Below, piece by piece: positions 35,960 through 48,500 of a stretch of DNA of 64,000 nt. The stretch is from Marsupella aquatica (Eukaryota > Plantae > Marchantiophyta). The translations under genes and the position numbers were made by a program. Below the pieces are notes generated by a model. It was given only the letters and a program-made list of their open reading frames with translations. It was not told where the DNA came from and did not search any database. Numbering within the stretch: the stretch's first letter is position 1; the number at the start of each line of letters is the position of its first letter. The stretch covers positions 581,573 to 645,572 of the forward strand of contig OZ316899.1 in assembly GCA_973895155.1 (NCBI GenBank), read 5' to 3'.

Positions 35960-38900
35960 TTATGGATCCTCTATGAACTTGCTTGGCCATAATACCAAAG
36001 AACCTGCAGCATCTCCAAGTGTCTTTTGAGGAGGATCATCATTTGTGTTTGGAATGGGAAGGACATCTTTAGGTTTCACTAGTAATGTGACTAACACTAC
36101 TGAATAACCTGGGGGAATCCTCTTGCCATGGAACGTTGTGGAACCAACCTGCACTCTGCCAAATCCTACTCGTGTTCCACTCTCATCAACAGCTAACAAG
36201 CCACTTTGTCCCTCAGCATTAGGTGCTTTCCCCACTTCCACCTTAGATCTTTCTGTCAGCACTGTTCTTGGAGGTTTGTATGAAACCTTTGACGTGGCTC
36301 TGCTCCCACCAGCAGACTTGCTTCGTGTGCGCATGCTTCCTCTCTTCACAGTAGTGAAGCTAGGCTCAGTAGGTTCCTCTGTTAGGACTATCACAGTAGC
36401 AGGTTCATCACCTGGGAGTGTCATACCAACTAACTCTTTGGTTGGATTTATCTCAACAAGAGGCACACCTGTCATTGAGAATGATACATTCTGCAAATCA
36501 TTTATCTCTGCAATGGAGTCAAGATCTACATAGCATGAATCTGGCTCAATGGTATCATTGTCATGCTTGCTGATATCCTCATTTGCCCCAACATTGATAT
36601 CATCCACTCCCTTGCCAATGTCATCCTCATCCAAACATGGTTGACTGCCCTCTGTCAAACAAGTTGCTTGTACAGACTGCAACTTTGTTGCCTCTAAATT
36701 ACAGCGAGTATTTGCCAGGTTCTCGTACTTCTTCTCTGTAGCACCTGTCTTATTCTCTATGGACACAACAACCACAATATATGTTACTGAAAATAACACA
36801 TTCAACAAACAATGTCAATTCAAACTATACATTTAATAATCATATCCCACACAGTTGTAAAGGCCTTACCTTCAAGCCTACATGTCGTTGGCATGCCAGA
36901 AGAGTGCATCGACTTTACCACCTCAAGTGGTGATGGTGGAACTCCTGCAGAATTGGAATCAATTTTATCTCTCACCGACACAACAGCTTCCATTAATGTC
37001 TTGAAGTTCACATGGAACAAGTCAATCAATGAATTCAAACGTTCATTGATCTCTGGAAGACATGTTTTGACAGCCTTCAAACGACCACTTATCTCTGTAA
37101 GTGAAGATCCACCTCCCTACATGACACAGGGGTATAGGTTCAATCACTCCATATGAAATATTGGGCAATATATGCACAATCAATGTTATATACAGTGTAC
37201 ACCTGAAATTCAACGCAGGTCATTCAATTACCAATCAGAACTCATATAACTTACATGCTTGGAGGATTCAGATGCACCCTCTTGAGCCCGGGTGTTCACA
37301 ATTTCAGCCCTCAACTCTTCTTTTGAAGGGCTTTGCCCCAATTGGGCTTTCTGCACATGCATGGCAAACACAAGTTATCGATCAATATTCAGGGAACGTA
37401 CACTAAAAAACAAAGTTTACATGTATGGGTTTACACTAAAAACAGTACATAGTGTAGCATAAATTACATAGCTAGGCCATTCATTCTTACCAAACGTTTA
37501 GCTGTCGGTGCAGTGCCGGTCCTTCCTGTCAGATTAGGGTTCTGAACACTCAACCTGGCCTCGGTCATCTGCGAACTCTTCTTTTTTGAAGCATCTGTTA
37601 CAAAATAAGCTACTAACCTTGCCCACACTTTATCATCACAACTGGCTGGTGGAGGCATATCTGGCTTCTCCCCACCTTCCTTCCAAGCCTTATGCATTCT
37701 CCACCTCTCTTGCTTGATAATTTTACCTGCTGTACTCTCTAGGCAACCTATGTCCATGCCATCATCACTACCCACATAATTCCATTTGGCAGCAACATTT
37801 TCACATACAGTCTTCCAATCTTTTGGATGTTGTTTTTTAAAATTAATAACACTCACATCTAACCAACGCAATACTCCAACTTTCAAATCAGCATGCCATC
37901 GGTTCTTGCGAGGACACTCAGCATCCACCCATTGTCTCTCATTCAACTTTACGTTCCCTTTCTTTGTCACCTCCCCTCGTGCACTGCTCTCGGTAGTACT
38001 GGGCGTTGTATTGGCCACCCCTTCATTCACCCTACCTGGGGTTCTGAAGCCACCTGGGAAAATACAATGCCATTCATGCTTGAGAACTACATATAGCAGA
38101 ATGGATGACGGCAACATTCAATGCTTCACTTCAAGAAAAATTCTTCAAACATACATACCTGTAGCTCTGCCTGTAGATGCCTGTGCAGGGACTGCACTTT
38201 GAAATTGTTGCGACCCTGGACCACCTGTCCAGCCTAGTACAGGGGCCGGATGATGTCACTTTCTAGGTATGTGTGTGCAAACATATGTACTGAAAACTAA
38301 GTACAAACTGTAGGAAAACAACTGAACATTCACCGACATACCTGTCCCCCTTCCGTGCTGCATCTGCATAGGGGCATTAGTGAATACTTGAGTCGATGGT
38401 TCGACTGTCCAACCTGCACACATACATTTTCTATCATTATACATGTGCAGAGTCCCCCCCACGTGAATGGACTCCACATATAATGAGTTCTTCCATTCCT
38501 GACAAGATCAGACATTACCTGCTCCTCTTCTAGCGTTTGTAGGTACTGAATTTTGATATCCCTGCCAATTACCTTCACCACCTTCCCAACCTTGTTCATT
38601 CCACGACCCACCACCATCCTCCCAACCTGGTTCAACCCATGTCTGTCCTTGTGGACATTGGAACTGATCATTACTAGCATTTGCCCAATCAGGTTGGGCA
38701 GAATCTGCATGCAATGGCAGGTGGACAAAATTTCATGTTGTCTGAATCCAATACATCCCAAACAATGTCAAAAATTGATATGCAGTCTGAAATTCAGGAG
38801 TGCCATGCCTTCACAAAGAACTGGCATATAGATATATACTCACATCCCCATGGTTGAGGTGGACGTCCATACCCACGAGATTGTGGGTTTGGACCTGCTC

Positions 38901-39460
38901 TGCCTCTACCATGGGCATAACCTAGAGCTTGCCCCCTGCCATAGTATTGGGCACCAGCCTGGGATCTACCACTACTACCACCTCGCCAACCTTGATCAGA
39001 GGTCAGCCCCCCCTGCTGGTATGGTGCATGCACAGGCTTCGAAGGCAAAACAGAACTGGCAGGACGCTGCATCACATCACCAACTACAATGTCAGGAACT
39101 AAGCAAGGTACATATGTGTAGTACTGAACATATGAAACCTCTAAACAAGAGTTTTTAACTCAAAACCTTGTTGGGAAAACTACTTACATGTTTCTTTTGG
39201 GGCTGCTCTGCAATGTATTCATCTTCATAACCCCCATCCTCATCCATTTCCTCTGGAAAATACTCATCATCTGCATCTTCTTGTCTAGTGTCTGCACCCA
39301 CCTGTGCAGCATCAATGTCATCTCCACATTCTGCCATTGTAGGTACGACCTTCTTGCTCAACCTGTCACTCCGACGCACAGGCCCAGAGATAGTGCTGGT
39401 CACCCTTCTTGCGTACTCCTTTTGTTTCTTTGAAAGTGCTGTGGCTCTGCGACATTCCAA
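35960..39460 (-). CDS. Multi-exon TnpA-like gene of CACTA-3
   Basis: Open exons 35960..36808, 36820..37080, 37464..38117, 38794..39075 and 39155..39460. C-terminal GRVQ...FHGKRIPPGYSVV...LPIP...TLGDAAGSLVLWP resembles the Tnp1/En/Spm (Transposase_23-like) domain. Exact splicing not resolved. Confidence 0.7.
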
Positions 39461-39821
39461 TATGAGAATACAGTCACAATTTCAGTGCCACATTGAACTA
39501 TTCATGTCACACAAACTCAGTGGAGGGGTGTAGTTGAGAATCGTTCCCTTACAATTCAGCCACATCCTTTTCCAGATCTAGTTCTGCGATTTTGGCTTTC
39601 ACGTATGCTCGTTGTTCCATAGCTTTCCTTTCATACTCACACATCTCTGTGTCACTCTGTTCCATCCTACTGGACCACAAAAACATGTCATCTATGGTCA
39701 CCCCGTATAACACAATGCAACCACAATCACCAGGCATCCATCCATACATCTGTGTTGCTTCAGAATTACTTTATTACACATCCTTCCCCTCACTAATGTC
39801 CATGCAAACAATTCACATTAC

Positions 39822-41171
39822 TCATGGCACAGGCACACTGTTGGCATCTGCATCTCTGAATTTGCCTCCTTCAGCAAATGCATCTACCCTTGTCACAGGA
39901 ATGAAGTCCCCGCTATCATGAACTACAGGCACTTGGTCTGAACGCCGACGATCAAAGGCACTATGAGAGTGTAAATGAAACTCAAGGTTTGATCCTTCCA
40001 TCCGACGTTGCCTGGCCTGTTTATGACACACTACACGCCAACCTGGGGAGTCTTCCACATCCAGGAAGAAAGCTTGCTCCACCTGACTAGGAAACACAAA
40101 TGGCTCAGACCATTCGGGCAATTTCCCTCTGAAATTGGCCAGCAAGAAACCGTCGTTGTCTCTCTTCATGGTAGCCCTGTTACCAAGCCAATCCTGCCGC
40201 ACCCATGAACCTTTCATAAGAATCACAGGACTGGACACCGCCCCATAGTCCAGAGCCCATATGTCAACTAATTCTCCCACATATCCCATCTCCATCCAAG
40301 CCCTGTCGTGATTGTGGCTCTGTTGCTCAAATACAGTGATGAGCCCGCAGTCATTCATCACCTTGTAGGCACTGTCACCATCCTTCACTCGGAAGTGATT
40401 CCCATATGCTCTCATCCGTTTGTAAGTCTTCACTTTCAGGCTAGGGACATTAGACAGTAGGTAAACATCTGCATCCATGTCTGGGTGGGTCTCGTGATGC
40501 TCTCTAATTGCCACTCTGATCCACTCCATGAAACCTGGAAAAGTTGTTCCTGCAGTGGGATGGGCCGCCTTCAATGACTCATACTCCCTGAACGAACAAC
40601 CACACAGCATTAGCTTGGGTAAACATGAACAGGCTAAAGGAGAAAACCACACGAACACAACATTTAAGCTCATGAACTGGATTATAGCACATGTATGCAC
40701 TCACTGTATCCAGGGTTCCATCACCACAGTGTTGTGCAATACAAAGTCATGTGCCAAGTCTCTCATAGATATGGTCAGGTTCTTTGTGGTTGCAGCCCCT
40801 TCCAGTACTTCACCTATCACCCCTTCCTCCTCATCAGAATTCCACACCCTGGTCTTCACGTGCTCATATTGTGCTATGTATTCAGTCAGAAATCCCAGAG
40901 TCTCATCCTTGATGTAACCTTTAGCCATGCTTGCTTCAGGTTTGTAATATGTTCTCACGTGACCTTTGAGTAGCTTCATGTACCGTTCCAAAGGGTACAA
41001 CCAACGAGCACTCACAGGCCCAAATTGGTGTAGCTCTTCCACAACATGGACAAGTAGGTGGGTCATGACATCAAAAAATGCGGGAGGAAAATAAATCTCC
41101 AGGTCACACAGCACCTGAGCGACATCTTCTGTCAGTTGTGGGAAGTGTGTTTCATCCTTGGCAGATTGCAC
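39822..41171 (-). pseudogene. CACTA-3 transposase, C-terminal half only (DUF4218- and DUF4216-like), intron 40588..40704
   Basis: LEIYFPPAFFDVMTHLLVH, WLYPLERYM, PEASMAKGY; GT-AG intron keeps the frame (WIQ-EYE); YGNHFRV, EPFVFPSQVEQAF. Transposase_21 domain absent upstream. Confidence 0.88.
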
Positions 41172-41758
41172 AAGGACATCTCATCCTACTGGCTCCTGAA
41201 AGTCTGATTCGTAACCTTTCACGCTGCCAAAGCTTATTATCATGGCGTGATATCCTTGTGGGATGATGCAAAGGCAGTGCCTGTGCCCTGGGCTGGGTCT
41301 GGGGAGGGTGGTGACCAGGGTGCATTGTAACAGGCTGGGAGCTCTGCAGTCATGGACAGCAGTGAACAAGGATGCCTAATGGTGGTATTTGTGTTCCATA
41401 TATCCCTGATTGTATCTGCCAAAAGAGTTAACATAACGTGTACTAAATTCTCACAAACCCTAAACCACCCCAAAAGAAAAAAACAGGTTCGCAAGTAGTG
41501 TACCTATTGTCAAGTGAATGACACAAAATTCCTAAATGTTGGAGGGTGTCACCACCTCCTCCGCTGTCCTCAAATGTACCGCCTCTGCATGTACGTTTAC
41601 AGTGACACCCCCAGGCAGCAGGAAACAACAATCCGCCAACAGTAAAATAAGCCCAACTGCCACCAACCATAACAAGGTACATTAGTTCAAAGATCACATT
41701 TATTTCAATGATCTGATTTATACAAAAAAACTTGTGTCCAAACTGATGCTACTACTCC

Positions 41759-42637
41759 TCACTCTGATTCAGAATCGCTAATGACCCATTCCTCACTTGT
41801 TGTCTCATAGTCCTCTCTGTAAGGATCCTGACCCTTCCGTGGCCAGGCCTCAAAAAGATCATAGTCCATTGGGTTTTGACGCTTCCCAGCTGCTACTGAT
41901 TCCACAAGCCAAGCATATGAAACCACAAACACATTATGGGACATGACATAAAAGCGAATGTCTCCCTTCCCAAACTTGCGGCAGGCTTTGGGATATGACT
42001 TAGTAATGACATGAGTGGTGTCCTCTGTTATATTCTCCTCCACTGTCCCACCTAGGTCAAGCACTGTGGACTTGTACACTTTGCACTTAACCTCTCCAAT
42101 TCCCGCCTCCACAAATACCATGCTCAGCCCTTTCAGAATGGGGGTTGGTTGCTTCGTCTCCTCAGCCAACATACTCTTCAGCCTTGTAGAGCTCTGTCCT
42201 TTGTTGAGTACAGGTCCATATTGGAGATCAGCAAGCCGTGCCTTTGCTTCCCAGACTTCTTGTTCAGCCCAAGCTGATGCAGTAGCTTCTTCATCCTCCC
42301 ACAACTCATATTGCTCAGTATCCTGTACAATCTTATGTGCTATGGAATCTGTGATCCAAGAGGCCTCAACTACTTTTAGGCCTTGCTTAGTAATTGCAAA
42401 ATTCATGTAGGACCATGACCACTTCTTTATCACTGATAGCCATGTCCCTGCAACAACATGTGTAGTCTCTGGAGTGATGTCCTGAACTACAGTGCCATGG
42501 AGCTCAGAGAATCGTTTCTGTACAGTTGGCCAATGCACTTTGGTCAACCCATGCTGGCCATGGACCAAAATCGCTCTGACCCCTGTAAACATTGTTGGGT
42601 GGTCACACTTTCTACGTTTACCAGGCTCCATGTACAC
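41759..42637 (-). CDS. Tandem BRCT-domain protein (DNA polymerase lambda-type BRCT x2), 292 aa, uninterrupted
   Basis: Two internal repeats: MFTGV..ILV...GTVVQDITPETTHVV...SWITDSI...YEL and LKGL..VFVE...GGTVEENITEDTTHVI...KFGK...YAWLVESVAAGKR...YDL. Confidence 0.8.
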   Translation of the reverse strand: MYMEPGKRRKCDHPTMFTGVRAILVHGQHGLTKVHWPTVQKRFSELHGTVVQDITPETTHVVAGTWLSVIKKWSWSYMNFAITKQGLKVVEASWITDSIAHKIVQDTEQYELWEDEEATASAWAEQEVWEAKARLADLQYGPVLNKGQSSTRLKSMLAEETKQPTPILKGLSMVFVEAGIGEVKCKVYKSTVLDLGGTVEENITEDTTHVITKSYPKACRKFGKGDIRFYVMSHNVFVVSYAWLVESVAAGKRQNPMDYDLFEAWPRKGQDPYREDYETTSEEWVISDSESE

Positions 42638-43223
42638 ACACCCTACGTGATGACAGTGAATTTTGGAAGAATGGGTTCACCTGACAATACAAGGACAACA
42701 AAATTCCTGCTTTTTGAGTTGATCTGGCCCACTGGTGCTCAGGTCCGATTTTGATAGGTACAAGGGATATGTGAACAATACATACTAGGCACCTGCACGG
42801 ATGCAGGACATTGTTTGAATATATACTACAAAATCCATATCCGTGGTGAAATGAAGTGCAACCAACTTGTCATGGCACATACATATTTTGTTGTAAAGGA
42901 GGATACATTCAATGACAAACTTATAGGGCAATTTGATTAATTGCATGCCTGATAATTTATACGCTTACAACTTAGAAGTCCTGTTTTAATTTAGCAGTCT
43001 GATGAAAGTGTTTATGAAAATGACCACTCAGCCTAAATACTTCCAAGAAGGCTTGTAAGGATAAGTTTGTATAGGCATGTACCCAGCCACTGACGCCAGA
43101 GCACAAGATAAGTGCTGCCTATATAAACTCGCCTACCCAACTCCTTTTCAAAATTGGAATCTTTGCAATCTCAAAAAATAGTACATCCACATCAGGTGCA
43201 CTGTGCATGTACAATGTTCAGCT

Positions 43224-44160
43224 TCACAGCCAAGATATGTGATCTCTCACAGGAGTGCGCGAGGTAGGATCAATGGCATGGCGATGACAATAAAATATCC
43301 ATCGATCAACACCATGTGCAGAGTGATCATAGATTTCTCTGTCACAAGCATAACCCTCTGCTTGATGATCTTTCAGGCAATGATAGTGCCACATAGTGGG
43401 ACACCTACCACAATGGACTATGTCAGTCCAGTAGTCATCATCATGCTCACCACATGCCTTGCACCTATGAAGTGGGCAAGCTGTGGCATGAGCAGGCAAA
43501 CACTCAAAACAGGGTAAGCCTCTTAAATTAGGATATTTTGCTTAGTGCAGGCATAATAGGATATAAGTTATGTACTGTTGACCCTAAACCCTGGACCCAA
43601 AATTGCTCATACATCAAAATTTTAAGTAAATATCCTCTGTGTTGAAGTCAGAGTGTTAAGCTATAGGTCAATGGTATCTGGTCTGTGCATGCGGTGTGAC
43701 AAGTGGTCCTCTAGAGCATGTGATCCAAACATGTGTAGACACCAAAGTCACCGGTGGTGGGGTCTGGGAGGGCAGGACAAGTGACATCACCAGGCACACT
43801 GCAGGATGGCGAGTGGTTCCAGATGATACATTGTGCTCTGTGCAAAAATCGGCATCCAAGAGAACGGTCATCCAATTCTGGGCCAGAAGCCCTACAGGCA
43901 GGACAGTCATATTGGCAACTGTGTACACACCCTTGGCACCTAATTTGTGGCGGGTCATGTACAAGAGACACAAATACCAAGGATGTCGGGAAGGGTACTG
44001 AAGCAGGTAGAGGCCGACTGTAGTTGTTCCTGGAAACAACAGGGTACTCAAAGTACCATGCAGACTGGGCTGGAAGGATCCCAAGTCTGACATACTCAAG
44101 GCGCAACATCTCTGCCTTGCGTGCAAGTCGCACATGTTCAGCGTTGCGGGTCCTCACCAT
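43224..44160 (-). pseudogene. EDM2/NSD-type PHD-finger gene (at least 2 exons, premature stop at 43711)
   Basis: Last exon CPLHRCKAC...VHCGRCPTMWHYHCL...RWIFYCHRHAIDPTSRTPVRDHISW parallels the EDM2 motif CPLH.C..C...CRRCPKSYH..CL...IYC..HEID...TPVRDH; upstream Cys-rich exon RCQGCVHS...CRFLHRAQCII. Confidence 0.75.
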
Positions 44161-45168
44161 AAGTGTTGCTTTCGTTGTGATGTCCTCTGTTCACGTCCTT
44201 TGATGAGCAAGGTGAGCAGGAGGTCGACTTGCCTCGCCAACAGCAACCACCTAAACTAATCAGTTCCCACTCATTGTCTTGGTTCCAACTACAGGTCATA
44301 GTATACACATAGCATGAAACGTGCATAGTACATATTTGATTCTGAGTTTATGAGTTTCCTAAGACAAAGAGCTTGGTGATAAACCCATATTCTCGACGGA
44401 CATGTATATCAATCATATTAAACTCCTGTTTTTTCATCCAGAAAGACCGAAAGTCTCACCTTGCAGGTTGCAGCAGAGAGAAAATTCACTGGTTGTCGTG
44501 TTGTGCAAGTGAACCTCCACTGATGCCCCGGTGTAGCCCCTCAGATGCAGGTGACACTTACCAACTCCCAAGTTGCCTGGTCTAACAAAAAATGCTTATA
44601 TCTTCAGAACTTTATAGAGCAAGTACATGATCACATACTTCTGGATCTATTCATATTTGGAACTCTTGCCAACTACAACTCCCATTATGCACAAACTCAC
44701 ATCAACAGAGAAAGATACAGAATGCATACTTACTATGGCTCTAAGCACCTTCACTACCTTGTTGAACCCAGTCCTGAAGTCTTTTCAGCGTGTTTGTTGT
44801 GCTGTCTCCTTTGGCACCCAACACCTTAGTCCTTGATGTAACAGAATGCGATTTTACAAGTTAGATGCTTTGGAACCTTCTATGGTCTTAGCTGAATTGA
44901 TGTCATCGTAAGTGGTGAAAGACAAGGAAGACGAAAGTTGGTTGAAGAGCTGTGGACAACACACTAGCATGAAGTGCTTCAACCAATCCACTGCCAAACG
45001 GAACTCTTACACAGTCACATTCTTTCAGTAAACAGAAACTCAGTCAAACTTCATAATCAAAGTACAGACTCTGAAGGACCAAAGGAGGATGTTGTGAGTT
45101 TCTCTGTTGTTTAATGTGTTACCCTTCTAGTTTCAAAGTTAGCAAATGCTGAATAATGTGTCTACCAG

Positions 45169-45508
45169 ATCTTTGAAAAGAAGCCCACCACAATTAAGAA
45201 CTTCGGTATCTGGGTGAGGTATCAGAGTTGTACAGGTTATCCCAACATGTACAAGAAATATCGTGATACCACATTAAACAACCACACAGCAGATGTATGA
45301 TGAGATGGCTTCTTGTCATAGAGTTCGGTTCCCTTGCATCCAGATCATCAAGACTACGACAGTCCCTGTCTCTCTGTGCAAGCGAGAAAGTACCAAGCAG
45401 TTCCATGATTCAAAGATCAAGCTCCCCTTGACGTACCGCAAGATTCAACCTCCATCGCGAAAGCTAAAGACGACTTACAAGGCCACCAAGCCCAACACAT
45501 TTGTTTGA
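45169..45508 (+). pseudogene. RPL18A: Captured last exon of 60S ribosomal protein L18a (eL20), frameshifted
   Basis: After acceptor ctaccAG: [34 protein letters not shown], then [59 protein letters not shown]. Confidence 0.93.
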
Positions 45509-48500
45509 GTAGTGCGGGTGCAGGTTCCCAATTTTGAAACAATTTGGCTCATTTTATGTCCCGAGGGACTCCAGGAGTTTATGTATTGAGTTTCTAGGTC
45601 AAGATGCTTAATATAAGGAAATTCAATTATCACTTCGTTCCCAACTTCTATTAATTGAATATACACAAGCTGGAAGCAAGAAGACAAGCCACAATCTAGC
45701 ATCTTAGCCAAACACAATCGTCCCGACAAAGCAAAACTCAGCTGGACAGAAGTCACTCGGATCCACAAAAAATTGAAGATTCACCTCCAAGCCGGAGGCC
45801 GATCACTTCAGTACAGCAGCTTCTGGACGGAACAAACTCTGCTCAGCCCCACAGAAACACAAATATTAAGGCTCCAAGTCAGAGCTCACAAACAGAAACT
45901 CAGATAAATAACATTCAAAATCTGTCCAGGTTTGTGCAAAGTGTACATATTCATTCTTCTGGAATGAACACACAATGCATACATCGCCTAGACACAGTCA
46001 TTATAAATCATTGGGCAATTGGGGACCACTAAGCAGGTGTGTTCCTATTTCGAGGCTACAGGAAAGGATAGAGTGACACCAAACTGAAGAGTACACCAAA
46101 AGAAAAACAGCAAGAACCAAAGTCAATCATGTGTGGATAAATTGCACATGGGAAGTTCCCCTGAAGAAGCAGCAGTTGCTAACATTGTCACCCGAACCAC
46201 ACCCAGTTTATTACCTCAATGTCTTCAGCCTCAATATCCAATCCTCAGCCCCCTGGTGCTTCCGTGTTTGTTCTGAAAATTTCTGTGATGAAATAATTAT
46301 TCAATACATTCAATAGCAAAGAGAACTCAATCACAAAAGAAAAATAGTTAGTGTGAATGCTAATTTCTCAACACTTAACTAAATTCAAACCACCAATTCA
46401 AGTAGTAAGTTTCAAAAACTTGCCTTTACATGAAGTGAAACCAATTGGCCATGCATGTTACTAAAGCAATAAACAAATAATTAGGCTCAACCCCGGGCTC
46501 AACACACAGGCAAACTACTCGAAACATGCTGCTGAGAAGTAGCATTTTTTGAATGTCAGACTATGTGTAAGTGCCATGATCGTGCTCCTACGTTTCACAA
46601 GGAGGGATGGCCCGAAAGGGAGAAGCAACAATGTGGAGTCTATACACGTAGCACAAATCCCAGTTTAGAAGGGTGGATGAAGTTCAGACAAGAGTTCAGA
46701 ACTTGCCATTTGAGATTGCCAATCTGAACTTCACATTCAGACAGGACTTCATCCAATTCAGGAGTTCAGACAATCTGAAGAGGACTTTGGACTTGAATGA
46801 GGGACAGCGTGGCCATATAGTTATCCTTGTGGCCTTCAGCTGCGTGTCTCAGGCTGAATTTCACTTTCCAGTTTCGAGAGTTCTGAAGGTCTAGTTTTAG
46901 TAACTTCCTCCTGACTCGACTTGGGAGCATTCTCCCTATTTGCTAGCTTGTAGTTAGCTTTGACTCCTGTGAGCTTAGTTGACGACCCTCTTGGGATATT
47001 AATAATTAGAACAAACACAAGTTGTCAAGACAGATTCCACCGGAGCAAAAAGTCCAAAATCAGGTGAAAGAAAACCTAAGGAAAGTCCATAAGAACGAAA
47101 GTAGGAAGGCAGGTGCACGGGCCACCGAGAAAAGTAAAGGATGCATGTGATTAGTGGGGAGGGATCCCAGCAAAAACAGGGGAAAGCAAGGGAACTTGCT
47201 GCTAAAATCAGCTGAACGATTGCACGGTTCCTATAAATTTAGTGGACCTTAAGGCCGTCTGTTCACCCCCCCCACCCCATTGCCAGAGCACGGGGCACAA
47301 GGCATGTTCTGATACAGGGAGGAGCAAAACAGTCATGTCAAGCAAGAAGTGTGGAGAGACCAATCAGTAAGCAAAAATAGGGGAGAACAGACATACATCA
47401 GCAGCAGCAGGAAACAAGAAAGATGATACTCTGTTCCATCTTAGAGTCGGGGACACTACTGCAACACCGGGACTGGAGATAGCATCCAGCAGGCCGGCGA
47501 CCCATGCCAAAAGGGCAGAGCAGCAATCCGCCATGTAGCGATAGGCGAGAGCAGCGATTACGACGATGAAAGATGGTCAAAGCTGAAGCAAAACCCCTAA
47601 AGATGCAGCTTGGCCATACTCTCCTTCCTCACCTCATAGCGCTAGGCATTCAACCTCCCTCTTCAATGAACCTCACAGCAGCTTGAAGGTCGATAGATTT
47701 TACCTCGTCTCCTGAGCAGAAACGTCTGCATTAGCTGAACAGAGCCCGGAACAGAGCTATCGCATTTAGCCTCCCGACTCCAAAATCGAACGCAACACAA
47801 CCTCCAACTCCCAATGGCAGCTCAGTAGGTTGATCAGCTCGGTCAATGCAGGTCAGTCGACCTCAATAGCCACACTAGAAGCTCACCGCAAGTCACTCAA
47901 AGGTCAGACTAGAAGCTCCGCCGCCTTCACACCGTAGCAAAAAACAATGAGACCAATATTGAGCAAGGCGACCCTATTTGAATATTTGGCGACCATCAGG
48001 CTCCACCCCTCCTTTCTCGCTACCGTTCCCCCATGTGATGGTTAAGCTTCTCAGGACACAATCAATCGCACAAATGTAGCTTAAAGCAGGACCTCACTAA
48101 GCAGACTATCGGTTAGGACCTTATAGACATAGAGATAGATAGGTCAATGCAACCTTACTTGGGCCGATGCAGCATGTCTCTTGACAATGTGAAGCAGCGC
48201 AGCATTCCTCCACCTAGCTCGCAGTGATCCTCCGCCTTGCTTGCAGTAACCAGCCTCCGCCTAGCTAGTTTGCACTGTCACGGTTGCAACTTTTTGTGCA
48301 ACGACTTGGCCCTCCTACCAACTACGAGCTCCCAAAAGTATGTCGAGCAGATGTACACTCAGGCACCACCTCGTAGAGCTCAACTCCAAGTCGGCAGCTC
48401 TCACTTGAAACTCAATAGCAGCTTAGCTCACCAGCAGGTTGAAAAGCGACAATGGACTCCCCTCAAAACTGATTGGCAGACCTCCACACTGACGCTCGTA

